64,000 bases of DNA. Origin: a virus. Taxonomy: Duplodnaviria; Caudoviricetes. Position numbers and translations under genes: made by a program. Below, piece by piece: positions 17,567-26,964 of the stretch; position 1 is the stretch's first letter, and every line of letters starts with the position of its first letter. The notes under the pieces were generated by a model. The model worked only from the letters and a program-made list of their open reading frames with translations. It was not told where the DNA came from and searched no databases. The stretch covers positions 96,001-160,000 of IMG/VR virus record IMGVR_UViG_3300021958_000023, one strand, 5' to 3'.

Positions 17567-17739
17567 TTCTTTTTCTTTTTAGCTAAAATTGCTTTCTGTA
17601 GTGCAGGAGGTAGTTTCTTCTGTGCCGCAGACAAACCTCCACCGTTTACTTTTTTCTTAGCATCAGCTTTTTTAGAACTGTTTTTAGCCATAAAAGCTGG
17701 TTTACCATTCTTCATCGGCATTTTTTTATGTTTAGCCAT
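17563..17739 (-). CDS. Small Lys-rich protein (58 aa)
   Basis: GGAGG RBS before ATG 17739: MAKHKKMPMKNGKPAF...LPPALQKAILAKKKKK; the upstream extension in the ORF track is probably untranslated leader. Confidence 0.65.
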   Translation of the reverse strand: MAKHKKMPMKNGKPAFMAKNSSKKADAKKKVNGGGLSAAQKKLPPALQKAILAKKKKK

Positions 17740-17757
17740 AATAACCTCCAAAATTAA

Positions 17758-17851
17758 GTCACAAGTGTGACGGTAATAAAATAGCGGAGACTCCGTCTCC
17801 GCGTTGTGCCACTCCGTGGCAGGTAGTTGCAACATAGCGGAAAGCCATGTT
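17758..17851 (-). other. GC-rich multi-hairpin element (structured leader, sRNA or DNA hairpins)
   Basis: Stems AACATGGC-TTTCC-GCTATGTT, TGCCAC-GGA-GTGGCA, GCGGAGAC-GGA-GTCTCCGC (+T-rich tail) and GTCAC-ACTT-GTGAC in an otherwise AT-rich intergenic region. Confidence 0.6.
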
Positions 17852-17912
17852 CATTCTATGTTCAATTAAGTAAAAATGATATTTTATATTGATTGCATCT
17901 AAGTTCAAACTA

Positions 17913-17941
17913 ATAGTAACACAAATTTCGATAGTTGACAA
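17913..17941 (-). promoter_or_regulatory. Sigma70-type promoter
   Basis: TTGTCA-N17-TACTAT with extended -10 TG. Confidence 0.6.
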
Positions 17942-17952
17942 ACAGAAAAATT

Positions 17953-18153
17953 TTATTTTTTACGCTTTCGCTTACTCTTTCCGGCTGCTGATAAGGCAAT
18001 CGCAATCGCCTGCTTTTGGCGAGCCTTTTTGTACGTTGTGCCTGATTTGGCAGCCATAGTGCGAATTGCTTTGTCACGACTTTTGGATGGTTTTTTGCGC
18101 ATCAACTCTTTAATATTTTTACCTAAAGCGTTCTTACCTGTTTGTAGGGGCAT
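17953..18153 (-). CDS. Small basic protein (KQAIAIALS motif)
   Basis: MPLQTGKNALGKNIKEL...QKQAIAIALSAAGKSKRKRKK; exact start uncertain (18153 or 18159). Confidence 0.6.
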   Translation of the reverse strand: MPLQTGKNALGKNIKELMRKKPSKSRDKAIRTMAAKSGTTYKKARQKQAIAIALSAAGKSKRKRKK

Positions 18154-18475
18154 CTTCATCAAGCTCCACAACTAGTTCAATTAGATCTTCTTCACTCATC
18201 TCTTTTGACAAGTCATCATCACTAATAGTTAGGGTAAAAGGCTCACCATCCTCTTCTTCTTCTGATGTTTCGACTTCAATGTCGTCAGAATAGAGTAGAT
18301 AGTCTCTTGCTGAGTTTAAGTAGGCGCTACACACAGCAAGCTTGTTTGTCCACCAGGTTGGTAGTTCAGCTTCTGCGTCTTGTGGTAGCGCTTTTAAAAT
18401 GTCTTGAGCATCTTCGCAGATAGCTTGAACCATTCTACGAGACGATGCTACATCTGTGTGTCCATCTTTTTTCAT
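18134..18475 (-). CDS. Hypothetical protein with acidic tail
   Basis: GHTDVAS...LPTWWTNKLA motif; GAGG RBS. Confidence 0.6.
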   Translation of the reverse strand: MKKDGHTDVASSRRMVQAICEDAQDILKALPQDAEAELPTWWTNKLAVCSAYLNSARDYLLYSDDIEVETSEEEEDGEPFTLTISDDDLSKEMSEEDLIELVVELDEDAPTNR

Positions 18476-18666
18476 TTTTTCCTCTTAAATCCAATTGGTT
18501 TAGAATACTTTACTGACCATCCTTTGTCTCGTGCGCGAGAGATAAATGACTCTAGTTGTGCCTCAGTCAAGACGCCAGAAACGGCTCTGCGTCTTGTCTT
18601 TTCATCTCGTGCAATTCGAGGAGATGGCGGTCTTGTAAAAGTGAATTTTCCTTTTTTCTTTTTCAT
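18472..18666 (-). CDS. Small basic protein, probably leaderless
   Basis: ATG 5 nt after TATAAT; K/R-rich. Confidence 0.6.
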   Translation of the reverse strand: MKKKKGKFTFTRPPSPRIARDEKTRRRAVSGVLTEAQLESFISRARDKGWSVKYSKPIGFKRKK

Positions 18667-18671
18667 AGTTT

Positions 18672-18700
18672 ATTATATGATTCTATAGAGCGTTTTGCAA
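18672..18700 (-). promoter_or_regulatory. Sigma70-type promoter
   Basis: TTGCAA-N17-TATAAT. Confidence 0.7.
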
Positions 18701-18709
18701 ATGTAATTT

Positions 18710-20008
18710 TTAAACTTTTAGCACACACTCAACTAGCTTTTCTCCTTCTATAGAGTTAGATTCTAATGCAATTCCTACAAGAGATCCTGATCCGCTTGCT
18801 TTTCCAACTCCAGTATATGTAGTGTAAATTTTATCTCCCTTTTTTACTTCGCCTACTACACGAATCGGTAGACGACCTTTTAAGCCGAGATATTGACCTT
18901 CTGAATCAGAGTTCATCTTAAATGCTGGATACTCTGATACAACACCGATAGGAACTCCTGTTTCAGTACAAGCCTCTGTCTCAAAGAGTGAGAGCGTAGA
19001 TACCATCATAATAGTTCCAACTGGATACTCTTCATCTGTGGAGTATTTTTCTGCCAAGTCAGCATATTTTGCAGTGGTAGCTGTACCAAAAAACTCACCA
19101 CTCGCATACATATTTCTAAACTGACTACCAGAGGCTCCGACATCAATTGTTGCTGTAGTTGGTAGTAGGTTAACAGCAAAGTCAACAGAGTTTGTATCAA
19201 TGCTCATGCGTTTTGTACCGCCAGCAGTAAATCCAATATCGTCTGATCCTTCACGGAATATGCCTGTATTAGTATCTGACTCAAAAGTAATTGATGGATC
19301 AGCAGCAGTTCCGTTAGCAAACTGAACACCGTCTAGTTGTAAAAATCCATCAGTCGCATTTAAAGCAATGTGCGCTGATGAAGAACCAATTAACACCGCA
19401 TTAGAAAAGTAACCGTCACGATAACGATATGACCAGTCTCCTAAATCAACAGTATTATCTGTAATTGGTTCTACTTTTGCATCTAGATATAAATGATGTG
19501 GTTTAACAGATCCAGGATATGGAATACCAACATCAATAAAACCTGTTGAAGCTGAACCGTTTGAGGTTTTTAAGTATAAACGGTTATTAGCCGCTGCACC
19601 TAAACCAGATTCTGATACACGTCTGATAGAAGCCTGTGTTGTATCACTTGAGTTTACTACAGCTACTAATTCTCCTAGTTCATAATTGCGCTGATCTGCG
19701 CCTCCTAGTGTATCCACAAAGCTTAGTGCAATTCCATAACGACTGAAGTTGTTACCAGGCCAATTAGACCCTGTAGGAGGTTTTGCATTAGCTACATCTT
19801 TGATAAATAGCCTACCGCCTTTAGAAGATCTCCAAAAAACTCCATTAGGAACAGTTCCAACTGTGCCTTCATCATTAAAATCTGCGCCTAGCGGTTGCTC
19901 TTCGCCATAGAAGTTTCTACTGATTGCTCTTAAACTAGTATTAAAGTCATTTCTTGACAGAGCAACAGTTCTAGCAAAAGCAGGCAATAAAAACTGTTCG
20001 TTTGACAT
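18710..20008 (-). CDS. Tail fibre/spike with C-terminal intramolecular-chaperone (autoproteolytic) domain
   Basis: GTAADPSITFESDTNTGIFR fibre motif; AKYADLAEKY...YPVGT...GVVS..PAFKMN...LKGRLPIRVVG..KKGD...VGIALE C-terminal domain; follows the tail-tip genes. Confidence 0.65.
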   Translation of the reverse strand: MSNEQFLLPAFARTVALSRNDFNTSLRAISRNFYGEEQPLGADFNDEGTVGTVPNGVFWRSSKGGRLFIKDVANAKPPTGSNWPGNNFSRYGIALSFVDTLGGADQRNYELGELVAVVNSSDTTQASIRRVSESGLGAAANNRLYLKTSNGSASTGFIDVGIPYPGSVKPHHLYLDAKVEPITDNTVDLGDWSYRYRDGYFSNAVLIGSSSAHIALNATDGFLQLDGVQFANGTAADPSITFESDTNTGIFREGSDDIGFTAGGTKRMSIDTNSVDFAVNLLPTTATIDVGASGSQFRNMYASGEFFGTATTAKYADLAEKYSTDEEYPVGTIMMVSTLSLFETEACTETGVPIGVVSEYPAFKMNSDSEGQYLGLKGRLPIRVVGEVKKGDKIYTTYTGVGKASGSGSLVGIALESNSIEGEKLVECVLKV

Positions 20009-20019
20009 TTGTTTTCTCC

Positions 20020-23000
20020 TTAAATTCCTCTAGCTTCAAACTGTATAGACTCGCCTGTGACAACAGTACCAGTGTTATCATAGATACTAACAGTACAGCT
20101 AGTTGTTGTAATACTTCTCATAATAATTGTATAAGATCCAGCAGCAGCATTGATTACTTGTCCGTTTACAAAAGGAATATCAACAAAGTCTGCACTGCTA
20201 TAATCAATTGTTTGGTTTTCACTTCCAACAGAAACATTTCTAATGAATACTTTATCTTTTAAATCAACAGAGTATCTTAAAGTGTTAAGGTTAAAACTTG
20301 CTTTTGCAGGATTACTATTTTCAACCTTATACCTAATTTGGAAATATCTAAACTCTTTATCAAAACCAGCTACACTAATATAACCATCTCTTGTAGCAGT
20401 ATTTGTACTAAAAGTAGTAATTTGTGTGTTACTGTTAGCATAAAAAGGATTTGCGGCAGAGTATCGAATTTGTACATTCTGGTTTACAATACTAGGATCA
20501 ACTCCTGCAAAAGTTGATACTAAGTCGTCAGTAAACTGATTTAAGTTTACAATTTCATAAGAAACTCCGTTTGTTACTGTGTGGACATTTAGTAAAGCAT
20601 TAGTAACAGAGTAATCAGCTCCACTATCTGTAGCCAGTTTACCAGCAGAGTCTTTAATTGGATTACCGTTTGCATAGTAGGCTTGACCTAGTGCAATAGC
20701 ATTAGCATTAACTACTCCCGCAATTAATGCAAAAGAATTAGCATTTGACGTATCATCTGCAAACTGTCCAGGATTCCATACAGCGTATACCTTACCGGTA
20801 AATTGTGCAGCAGTAATCTCAGTAGTTAAGTCAATAGGTAGTCCTCCATCTGCTGAAGTTATAGTTTCATTGATTATGTTATCATAAATAACTGAACTTT
20901 CTCCAGAAGATAATATTCCGTGAGGTGCTTCTAACTGAAAATATTTTCCAACTCCATTAGCAGTTGGTTGTCCAATTGTTCCTGAAACATTTCTATCAAC
21001 TAAAATGTTTCCAACATTTGAAGGTTCTGTAGAACTAGTTAAAATTACTTCTTTTTGTGAGTTCCAAGTATCTGTCCCGAACGGTTCTCCACTCACCTCT
21101 AAAATTACCTTGCCTTTAATTAAGCTACCTACATCTCTAACTTGAGTAACATATACTGCATTAGCACTAGCTTGTAGATCGGTTAAGTCAGCTACACTAG
21201 ACCAACCACTAGCAAAACCATTAGCATTATCTACCGCAGTTGAAGTGTAATTAATAGATAACCCACCTGTTGCACTATTTTGGCTTGGATAGTTTCCATG
21301 TAAAGCTTCCTCTGCTTCGTTATCATTAGTAATCGACTGCCCTCTGAAATCTAATGTGAATGATAAATCAGGGTTATCTTCATTATAGGCTTTAAATGTA
21401 TGTAAATCTGCTGGACGAGATGGTTGATATACAGTTCCAACTACAGGACTTCTATTTCCACTAGTATCAACTGCTTGAACCATAAAAGTAGATTCGACAA
21501 ATGAAGGTATAGGGATAGAAACAGAGCTAGCTGGAGCCGCAGCAACAGCTATTAAACTAGCTGCTCCAAACTTTTGTAACAGAGTTTCTTCATCGCTCAC
21601 ATCTACTCTTTCAGAAATTCGTCTTATCTCAAGTTTTTCTAAATCTAGATCTCGTAAACTGCCTGATTCATCTCTTTCTAGTTGCCATGCAAAAATAAGG
21701 TTATCTAATAATTGTCCTACCTGAAATTGTTTTGGTGCTAAAGGCGGAGTTCTTTTACCTTGAAGTGAGACAGTTTTTTCAACAGAAACACCTTTTATTT
21801 CTCCGTTTAGTGGAGTAACTCTTACTAGTATTCTATTAGGATTATTTCTTGGTCCTCTATCTAAATTGTTAATAGTAAAACTAATCTTTTCACTACCAGT
21901 TTCTAAAGAAGAAGATTGATTTGGTACTTTTACAACATTAAAGTTAGTTAAATTAGTAATAACATTCTTATCATCAGCAGCAGTAGTTCTTGTTGATCCT
22001 TGTAGTTTATATGCAATTTCATAATCTGTTACATCTCTAGACTCAATTTTATCGAACTTGACTGTTACTCTAAGAGAGACCCCTCTAATAGCGTCAATAA
22101 ATAAGCTTTCTTGCACTTCTAAATTTTGTACTTTAGGAATAGGAATATTTCTGATAAACGCTGCTTGAGTATTAAAAGGACTTCTGCGCTTTGCAGAATT
22201 GACATTTCTTGCTCTAAGTAAAGTTAGTCCGATAGGAACATCTCTGATTACTTTTTCACCTTGGTTACCAAAGAATATATCTTCAAAAGCAGCAGTCGAA
22301 CTTAAACTATATAGTCCTGTATTAGCTAGATTAAATTTTCCAGGATAAGTAGTAGTGTTATAACCAAAGCTTAGAGAACCTTTTGTGCCTGTAGTAGTTG
22401 TTACGTTAGACACTGTTCCAATTGGATCTTCTGCAATATTAGTTGCTGTAAAACCTGTTAAATTGGCTCTAGGAGATTCAGAGAGGCGAACTTTATAAAC
22501 AGTATTAGCAGTTAGTGCAACATTGTAATCTACATCTGCGGGATCGTAACTAACATTAGCTATTGAGTATATATTGCCACTCAGAATAGAGATATTATCA
22601 CCTGCTTCAATTAATGGTTGTCCATAATACTCTACCTCTGTTCTAATTTTATTAGCAGATGTAGTAGCTCCTGTAATCTTAAAACTATTTAAATCAACAG
22701 TCACATAGTTTGTATTATCAGCATAGTTAAAAGTAGTGTCTAATATCCCGTCTACATATACTTTAATAAAGCTGGCATCTTTAGGAACTACTCCTAGTGG
22801 TTGATTAAAAGATGCTGAAGAAATACCAGTAACAGTATTTTCTTTAATAATTTTTCTTTTTGTTCCTGAAATGTAAACAGAGTTATTCGCTACAAGATTC
22901 TTTTCTACTAATTGATTAATAGTTACATAAAACGGAGGAGTAGGTAGCTTATCAAATAAAACATCACTACCTGATCTAGAATTTACTACTTCAATATAGT

Positions 23001-23373
23001 TTGAAACAGTATTATAGGCAGATATTTGGTTAGAGTATTGAGTAACTCTAGGTCTAAATGCACTAAAGTTTTCTACGAAAGCATCAGGTGTTTTTTCGTT
23101 AATTGGAAATGCTACATAATCATGTCCTTTAATTCTGTTTGGAAATAGACTAACGTCATTTACTTCTAATATGTGTTTATGAAAATTCTCATCAAAACAA
23201 TTATCAAGCGCGTTGACTGAGAATCTAATATTATTTCCTATTGTAGTAACTGAATCACAAAGTAGCTTAACTTCTCCAATAGTGGTTGTAAAACCATTTT
23301 TACCGAAAAGTACAGCAGTTTCTCCATTTGTAAATGGCTGAACATTAGCTACGTTAAAATTTAAAACTGCCAT
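20020..23373 (-). CDS. Tail tip/central fibre protein with FnIII-like domains (T5 pb4 / lambda J C-terminal part-like)
   Basis: FnIII-like segments (VTDYEIAYK, FAWQ...LEIR, FMVQAVDTSGNRS), FRYFQIRY, C-terminal FEARGI lectin-like end. Confidence 0.6.
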   Translation of the reverse strand: MAVLNFNVANVQPFTNGETAVLFGKNGFTTTIGEVKLLCDSVTTIGNNIRFSVNALDNCFDENFHKHILEVNDVSLFPNRIKGHDYVAFPINEKTPDAFVENFSAFRPRVTQYSNQISAYNTVSNYIEVVNSRSGSDVLFDKLPTPPFYVTINQLVEKNLVANNSVYISGTKRKIIKENTVTGISSASFNQPLGVVPKDASFIKVYVDGILDTTFNYADNTNYVTVDLNSFKITGATTSANKIRTEVEYYGQPLIEAGDNISILSGNIYSIANVSYDPADVDYNVALTANTVYKVRLSESPRANLTGFTATNIAEDPIGTVSNVTTTTGTKGSLSFGYNTTTYPGKFNLANTGLYSLSSTAAFEDIFFGNQGEKVIRDVPIGLTLLRARNVNSAKRRSPFNTQAAFIRNIPIPKVQNLEVQESLFIDAIRGVSLRVTVKFDKIESRDVTDYEIAYKLQGSTRTTAADDKNVITNLTNFNVVKVPNQSSSLETGSEKISFTINNLDRGPRNNPNRILVRVTPLNGEIKGVSVEKTVSLQGKRTPPLAPKQFQVGQLLDNLIFAWQLERDESGSLRDLDLEKLEIRRISERVDVSDEETLLQKFGAASLIAVAAAPASSVSIPIPSFVESTFMVQAVDTSGNRSPVVGTVYQPSRPADLHTFKAYNEDNPDLSFTLDFRGQSITNDNEAEEALHGNYPSQNSATGGLSINYTSTAVDNANGFASGWSSVADLTDLQASANAVYVTQVRDVGSLIKGKVILEVSGEPFGTDTWNSQKEVILTSSTEPSNVGNILVDRNVSGTIGQPTANGVGKYFQLEAPHGILSSGESSVIYDNIINETITSADGGLPIDLTTEITAAQFTGKVYAVWNPGQFADDTSNANSFALIAGVVNANAIALGQAYYANGNPIKDSAGKLATDSGADYSVTNALLNVHTVTNGVSYEIVNLNQFTDDLVSTFAGVDPSIVNQNVQIRYSAANPFYANSNTQITTFSTNTATRDGYISVAGFDKEFRYFQIRYKVENSNPAKASFNLNTLRYSVDLKDKVFIRNVSVGSENQTIDYSSADFVDIPFVNGQVINAAAGSYTIIMRSITTTSCTVSIYDNTGTVVTGESIQFEARGI

Positions 23374-25925
23374 TAAGTTAAGCCCTCTATTTCAGAAAAT
23401 CCATCTGGTCTAGCTATTTGATATTCTGTAGCTACATGAATTGGATAATCGGTTAAGTTAGTAGCGTCTGACACTAATAAATCATATCTTACAGTGCCAT
23501 CTTCATTTTTTCTCACAACTAACTCTGTATTTAAATTTGGTGCTACAGGAGGTTTAAGAGGACTAAATGTAGGCTTATACTGTACAGGAAGATAGGCTAT
23601 TTCCGTTTCAGAATCCGTATATACATTTGATATATATTCCATCGCACTGATTTTAATTACTTCTTCGCCATCTCTTTTAATTTCAGTAATCTTAAATAAT
23701 TTATCTGAAGTATTAGAGTAGAAATCAGAAGGATTAGTCTCTCCTAGTGTCCAAACATCTCCTTTTACAGGAGCAGTATTAGCATCAAAACCAGAAAAAG
23801 ATTGAAACGTTTTAGTAGATAAATCAAACTTACTAGTTGCTACAAAATCTATAAAGTCTAATCCAGAACTTACATTTTGATTTGCTACTTCAGTTGTTTG
23901 ATAATTTTGACCGTTTGCATAAGTTCCTTTATGTATATTTTTAACATAAGTAGTTGTACCAGATTGAAAGTTTGTATTAGATAAGATATATAAATCAGTA
24001 CGATCCGAGTTTTGTTTTGTAATTCTAAGTGCCAAAGGCAGTGTATTAGCTGTAATAGTGTTATTTGTAATAGCAGGGCTTGAAAAGTGTTCAATATATA
24101 CATTTGATGTTGATAATGAAGTATTAGCTCTTACCTTACCACCATAACCCCAAGAAGTTCCTGTTTGTTTTTGTTGAACAGCAATAATATCTCCTGGAAT
24201 TAAATCTATAGCAGAAATATCTGTACCAAAAGTAATATTTCTTCTTAAATACTTATTAGATGCTAGTAAGTATTGTGCAAAACGAATAGCTTGACTTCTG
24301 CGAGTAACTCCAAACAAATCTACAGAAGAAACATTTTCAATCATATTTCTTTCACGAAGAGCTTTATCATCATCAATTCTCATTGTTTCTCTATTATAAT
24401 GATTATTAGGCTCTATAAAGGTTACATCAACTCCTGTTATTTGTGCAGATTCGCTTGTGCCGCTAATAGTAAATGACTCTTTTAGAATATTAGCCTCATT
24501 AAATATCATTGAAGGTACTTCATTAGGCATATCAATATTCATAGATAAACCATTTGGAGTATATATTAAAATGGCTCTCATTGTTGCACAAACTTGTTCT
24601 AATATATCAAAAGCTTTTCCACTATTAGAAATAATAGCATCTAAAATAAATCTTCTTTCTTTTACATCAGTTCCTACAGGCAGTCCTTCTAGTGTTTGTC
24701 TTGGGCTAGCATAGTAGGTTCTTGGTTTATATCTATAGCTGCCATCTGCTTTACCAGTAACTCCAACAAATTTTCCTGTTATAGGATCACAAGCGTCACA
24801 GTATTGTGCTACTTCGTAAAATTTATACTTATCTATGTTTTCTTCATTAATACCTAATCCATAAGTATCATTAGTTAATAAATCATAGATAATCCAAACA
24901 GGATTCTGTGTCCATGAGTATCTAAAAGTACCGTCCCATACTCCTCTGTATATTGTAGGTTGGGAATATTTTACTGTACTATCTGTACTAGTTTGTCTAT
25001 AACCTGTTATCCCATAACTATATTGCCCTGAAGCAGGAGTTTCAATCTCTCTCCAATCGATTTCTCCATTTTGTAAAATAGGTTGATCATAGTTTGAAGG
25101 AACCTTAACCAACAACCCCTTAACTATAGAAGTAAAACGAGGCACCGCTCCTTGATATTCATTATGGGCTGCAAGTGAATATCCGATTACAGCTGTTCTT
25201 GGATAGGCTACAGGATCGTGATCAATCTCTAACCAAGCTACAGCTGAAATACCGTCTACTATACGAGAGCTTTCACTATCATTGCTGGTTTTTTCAATAG
25301 TAAACTTATACCCTCCAGTATCATAGTTTTGAATCGTAACTTCTACATCAAACTTATATGGAGTGTTTGTTTTTCCTCTAATAGTTCTATCTACTGGATC
25401 CGCCGCAAGAGTTACTCCATCGCTTTTAAATACTGTTATACGAATACTAACAGAATGATTTTTAACATTACCTTTTTCATCCATATTAGATAAAGCATTT
25501 AATACAAATTTAAAACGAAGTGAATCCCATGCAAAAGCTGAAGTTTCTTGTAATTCTACTTTAGTTGCAGGCACTCCATCAAGATTACCTTTTTTTAATA
25601 ATACAGCAGAGGCAAAGTTCTGTGGTTGAGTAGTTTCTTCTCCAAATAGTGGAATTGCTGTTTGATTTACAGTACCTACACGAGAATCTGTGACAAAATC
25701 CTCTGTTTTCTGATTACCTGAATCAAAATCAATGAAGGCATCAACTACTGATTCGTTTATTTCAATATCAAAAATACTGTTAGGGTTAATTCTATATATA
25801 GGCCCTTCACTTAATCCTGCTGTCATAAGCATGATATCTTGAGAGAATAGATTATTATCTACCTCAGTGGCTCCGCCTCCACCACCCTTTCCTCCTTTAT
25901 AACCGCTTACTTCATAAATCTTCAT
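23373..25925 (-). CDS. Tail tip attachment/hub protein (lambda J N-terminal part-like)
   Basis: KGGKGGGG start, LSEGPI, YPRTA, VKVPSNYD, WDGTF..SWTQNPVWIIYDLLTN..YGLG, AQYCD, GVTRRSQAIR, PGDII. Confidence 0.85.
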   Translation of the reverse strand: MKIYEVSGYKGGKGGGGGATEVDNNLFSQDIMLMTAGLSEGPIYRINPNSIFDIEINESVVDAFIDFDSGNQKTEDFVTDSRVGTVNQTAIPLFGEETTQPQNFASAVLLKKGNLDGVPATKVELQETSAFAWDSLRFKFVLNALSNMDEKGNVKNHSVSIRITVFKSDGVTLAADPVDRTIRGKTNTPYKFDVEVTIQNYDTGGYKFTIEKTSNDSESSRIVDGISAVAWLEIDHDPVAYPRTAVIGYSLAAHNEYQGAVPRFTSIVKGLLVKVPSNYDQPILQNGEIDWREIETPASGQYSYGITGYRQTSTDSTVKYSQPTIYRGVWDGTFRYSWTQNPVWIIYDLLTNDTYGLGINEENIDKYKFYEVAQYCDACDPITGKFVGVTGKADGSYRYKPRTYYASPRQTLEGLPVGTDVKERRFILDAIISNSGKAFDILEQVCATMRAILIYTPNGLSMNIDMPNEVPSMIFNEANILKESFTISGTSESAQITGVDVTFIEPNNHYNRETMRIDDDKALRERNMIENVSSVDLFGVTRRSQAIRFAQYLLASNKYLRRNITFGTDISAIDLIPGDIIAVQQKQTGTSWGYGGKVRANTSLSTSNVYIEHFSSPAITNNTITANTLPLALRITKQNSDRTDLYILSNTNFQSGTTTYVKNIHKGTYANGQNYQTTEVANQNVSSGLDFIDFVATSKFDLSTKTFQSFSGFDANTAPVKGDVWTLGETNPSDFYSNTSDKLFKITEIKRDGEEVIKISAMEYISNVYTDSETEIAYLPVQYKPTFSPLKPPVAPNLNTELVVRKNEDGTVRYDLLVSDATNLTDYPIHVATEYQIARPDGFSEIEGLT

Positions 25926-26602
25926 AGCACCTTACCTTCAAATAGTTCTTTTAATATATCTGCTGAAGATTTATCAGGAGACTTTTCAAGTGTTCTAATT
26001 TCTCCACTTAAAAATTGACCTGCTACTCTGTGTCTGCCATAAACTAATGGAATAGTAGTACCAGAGGCAGTGGTGTGTTGTAAAGATCCAAATTGATCAT
26101 TTTCTCTTACAGGGCCATCAGGAGTATTGTCTGGTTTAGGTGGTTTCATAATTTCAGCAACTACTGCTCCAATTAACATACTAACACCTGCTCCAAATAC
26201 CATACCACCTACTGTTGTAGCACCTACTGCCATTTCTAATAATGGTGCTGCAAATGCTGGATTCATTATAGCAACTGTAATTAAAGCTATACCAATTAAA
26301 GCGGTAGTTAAGTTTTGATTTTTTGATCCTGCTACAAGAGGAACCAAAAACAATCTATTAGATGAGACTTTCTTTCTAAAGTAATCTAAAGAAGTTAAAA
26401 CTTTTTCAGAAACTAAATCTATTAGACCAAAATTATCAGTATTCTTAGAGTTTTTAATTTGTTTTATTACTTTTCTTAACTTAGGAAAAGATGCTTCAAG
26501 TGCAGAAATAAGTTGAGAATAAGTAACTACATCAAATGTTACTTCTCGCGTATCATTTGTATAAGATAATAAGCTTTTATGAAATGATATAGTTACTTTC
26601 AT
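25922..26602 (-). CDS. Tail assembly protein (lambda I-like)
   Basis: Ubiquitin-like N-terminus ending VPLVAGS, hydrophobic Gly-rich middle, GTTIPLVYGRHRVAG. Confidence 0.8.
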   Translation of the reverse strand: MKVTISFHKSLLSYTNDTREVTFDVVTYSQLISALEASFPKLRKVIKQIKNSKNTDNFGLIDLVSEKVLTSLDYFRKKVSSNRLFLVPLVAGSKNQNLTTALIGIALITVAIMNPAFAAPLLEMAVGATTVGGMVFGAGVSMLIGAVVAEIMKPPKPDNTPDGPVRENDQFGSLQHTTASGTTIPLVYGRHRVAGQFLSGEIRTLEKSPDKSSADILKELFEGKVL

Positions 26603-26964
26603 CTTAACATCTCTTCTTCTAAAGGTTTAAATCTTGTGCTTTGTAGATCTTTATCGAACCAATATAGATATATATCATCTTCCCAACCAACTAAATAGTT
26701 ATACTCCTCATTAGCTATCTTATGTCCGTCTAAAACAGAAGGAGTAGGTTCATCATCTGGATGAGAGTGAAATACCCCCCAACAATCATCTTCGTAACGA
26801 ACTAATGCCATTGGGTCTAAAACAAAACTATTTATAGGATCACGACTCAAGTTCTTACAAGGAATATAGTCAAAGCTCTTTGTTATAATACCACAACACT
26901 CATTTGGATATTCTTTTGCAGCATGTTTTTTAAACTGTTCTTTTAAAAGTTGAAGTTTTTCCAT
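26599..26964 (-). CDS. JAB/MPN metalloprotease (lambda K N-domain-like)
   Basis: YPNECCG...FHSHP...PS..D. Confidence 0.85.
   Translation of the reverse strand: MEKLQLLKEQFKKHAAKEYPNECCGIITKSFDYIPCKNLSRDPINSFVLDPMALVRYEDDCWGVFHSHPDDEPTPSVLDGHKIANEEYNYLVGWEDDIYLYWFDKDLQSTRFKPLEEEMLR

Noticed and set aside
17758-17851. tRNA
   Set aside because: Hairpins are in series, with no acceptor stem, T-loop consensus or CCA end.
17759-17941. 60-aa ORF and the N-terminal extension of the 90-aa ORF
   Set aside because: They overlap a promoter and a hairpin array; the real SD (GGAGG) is before ATG 17739.
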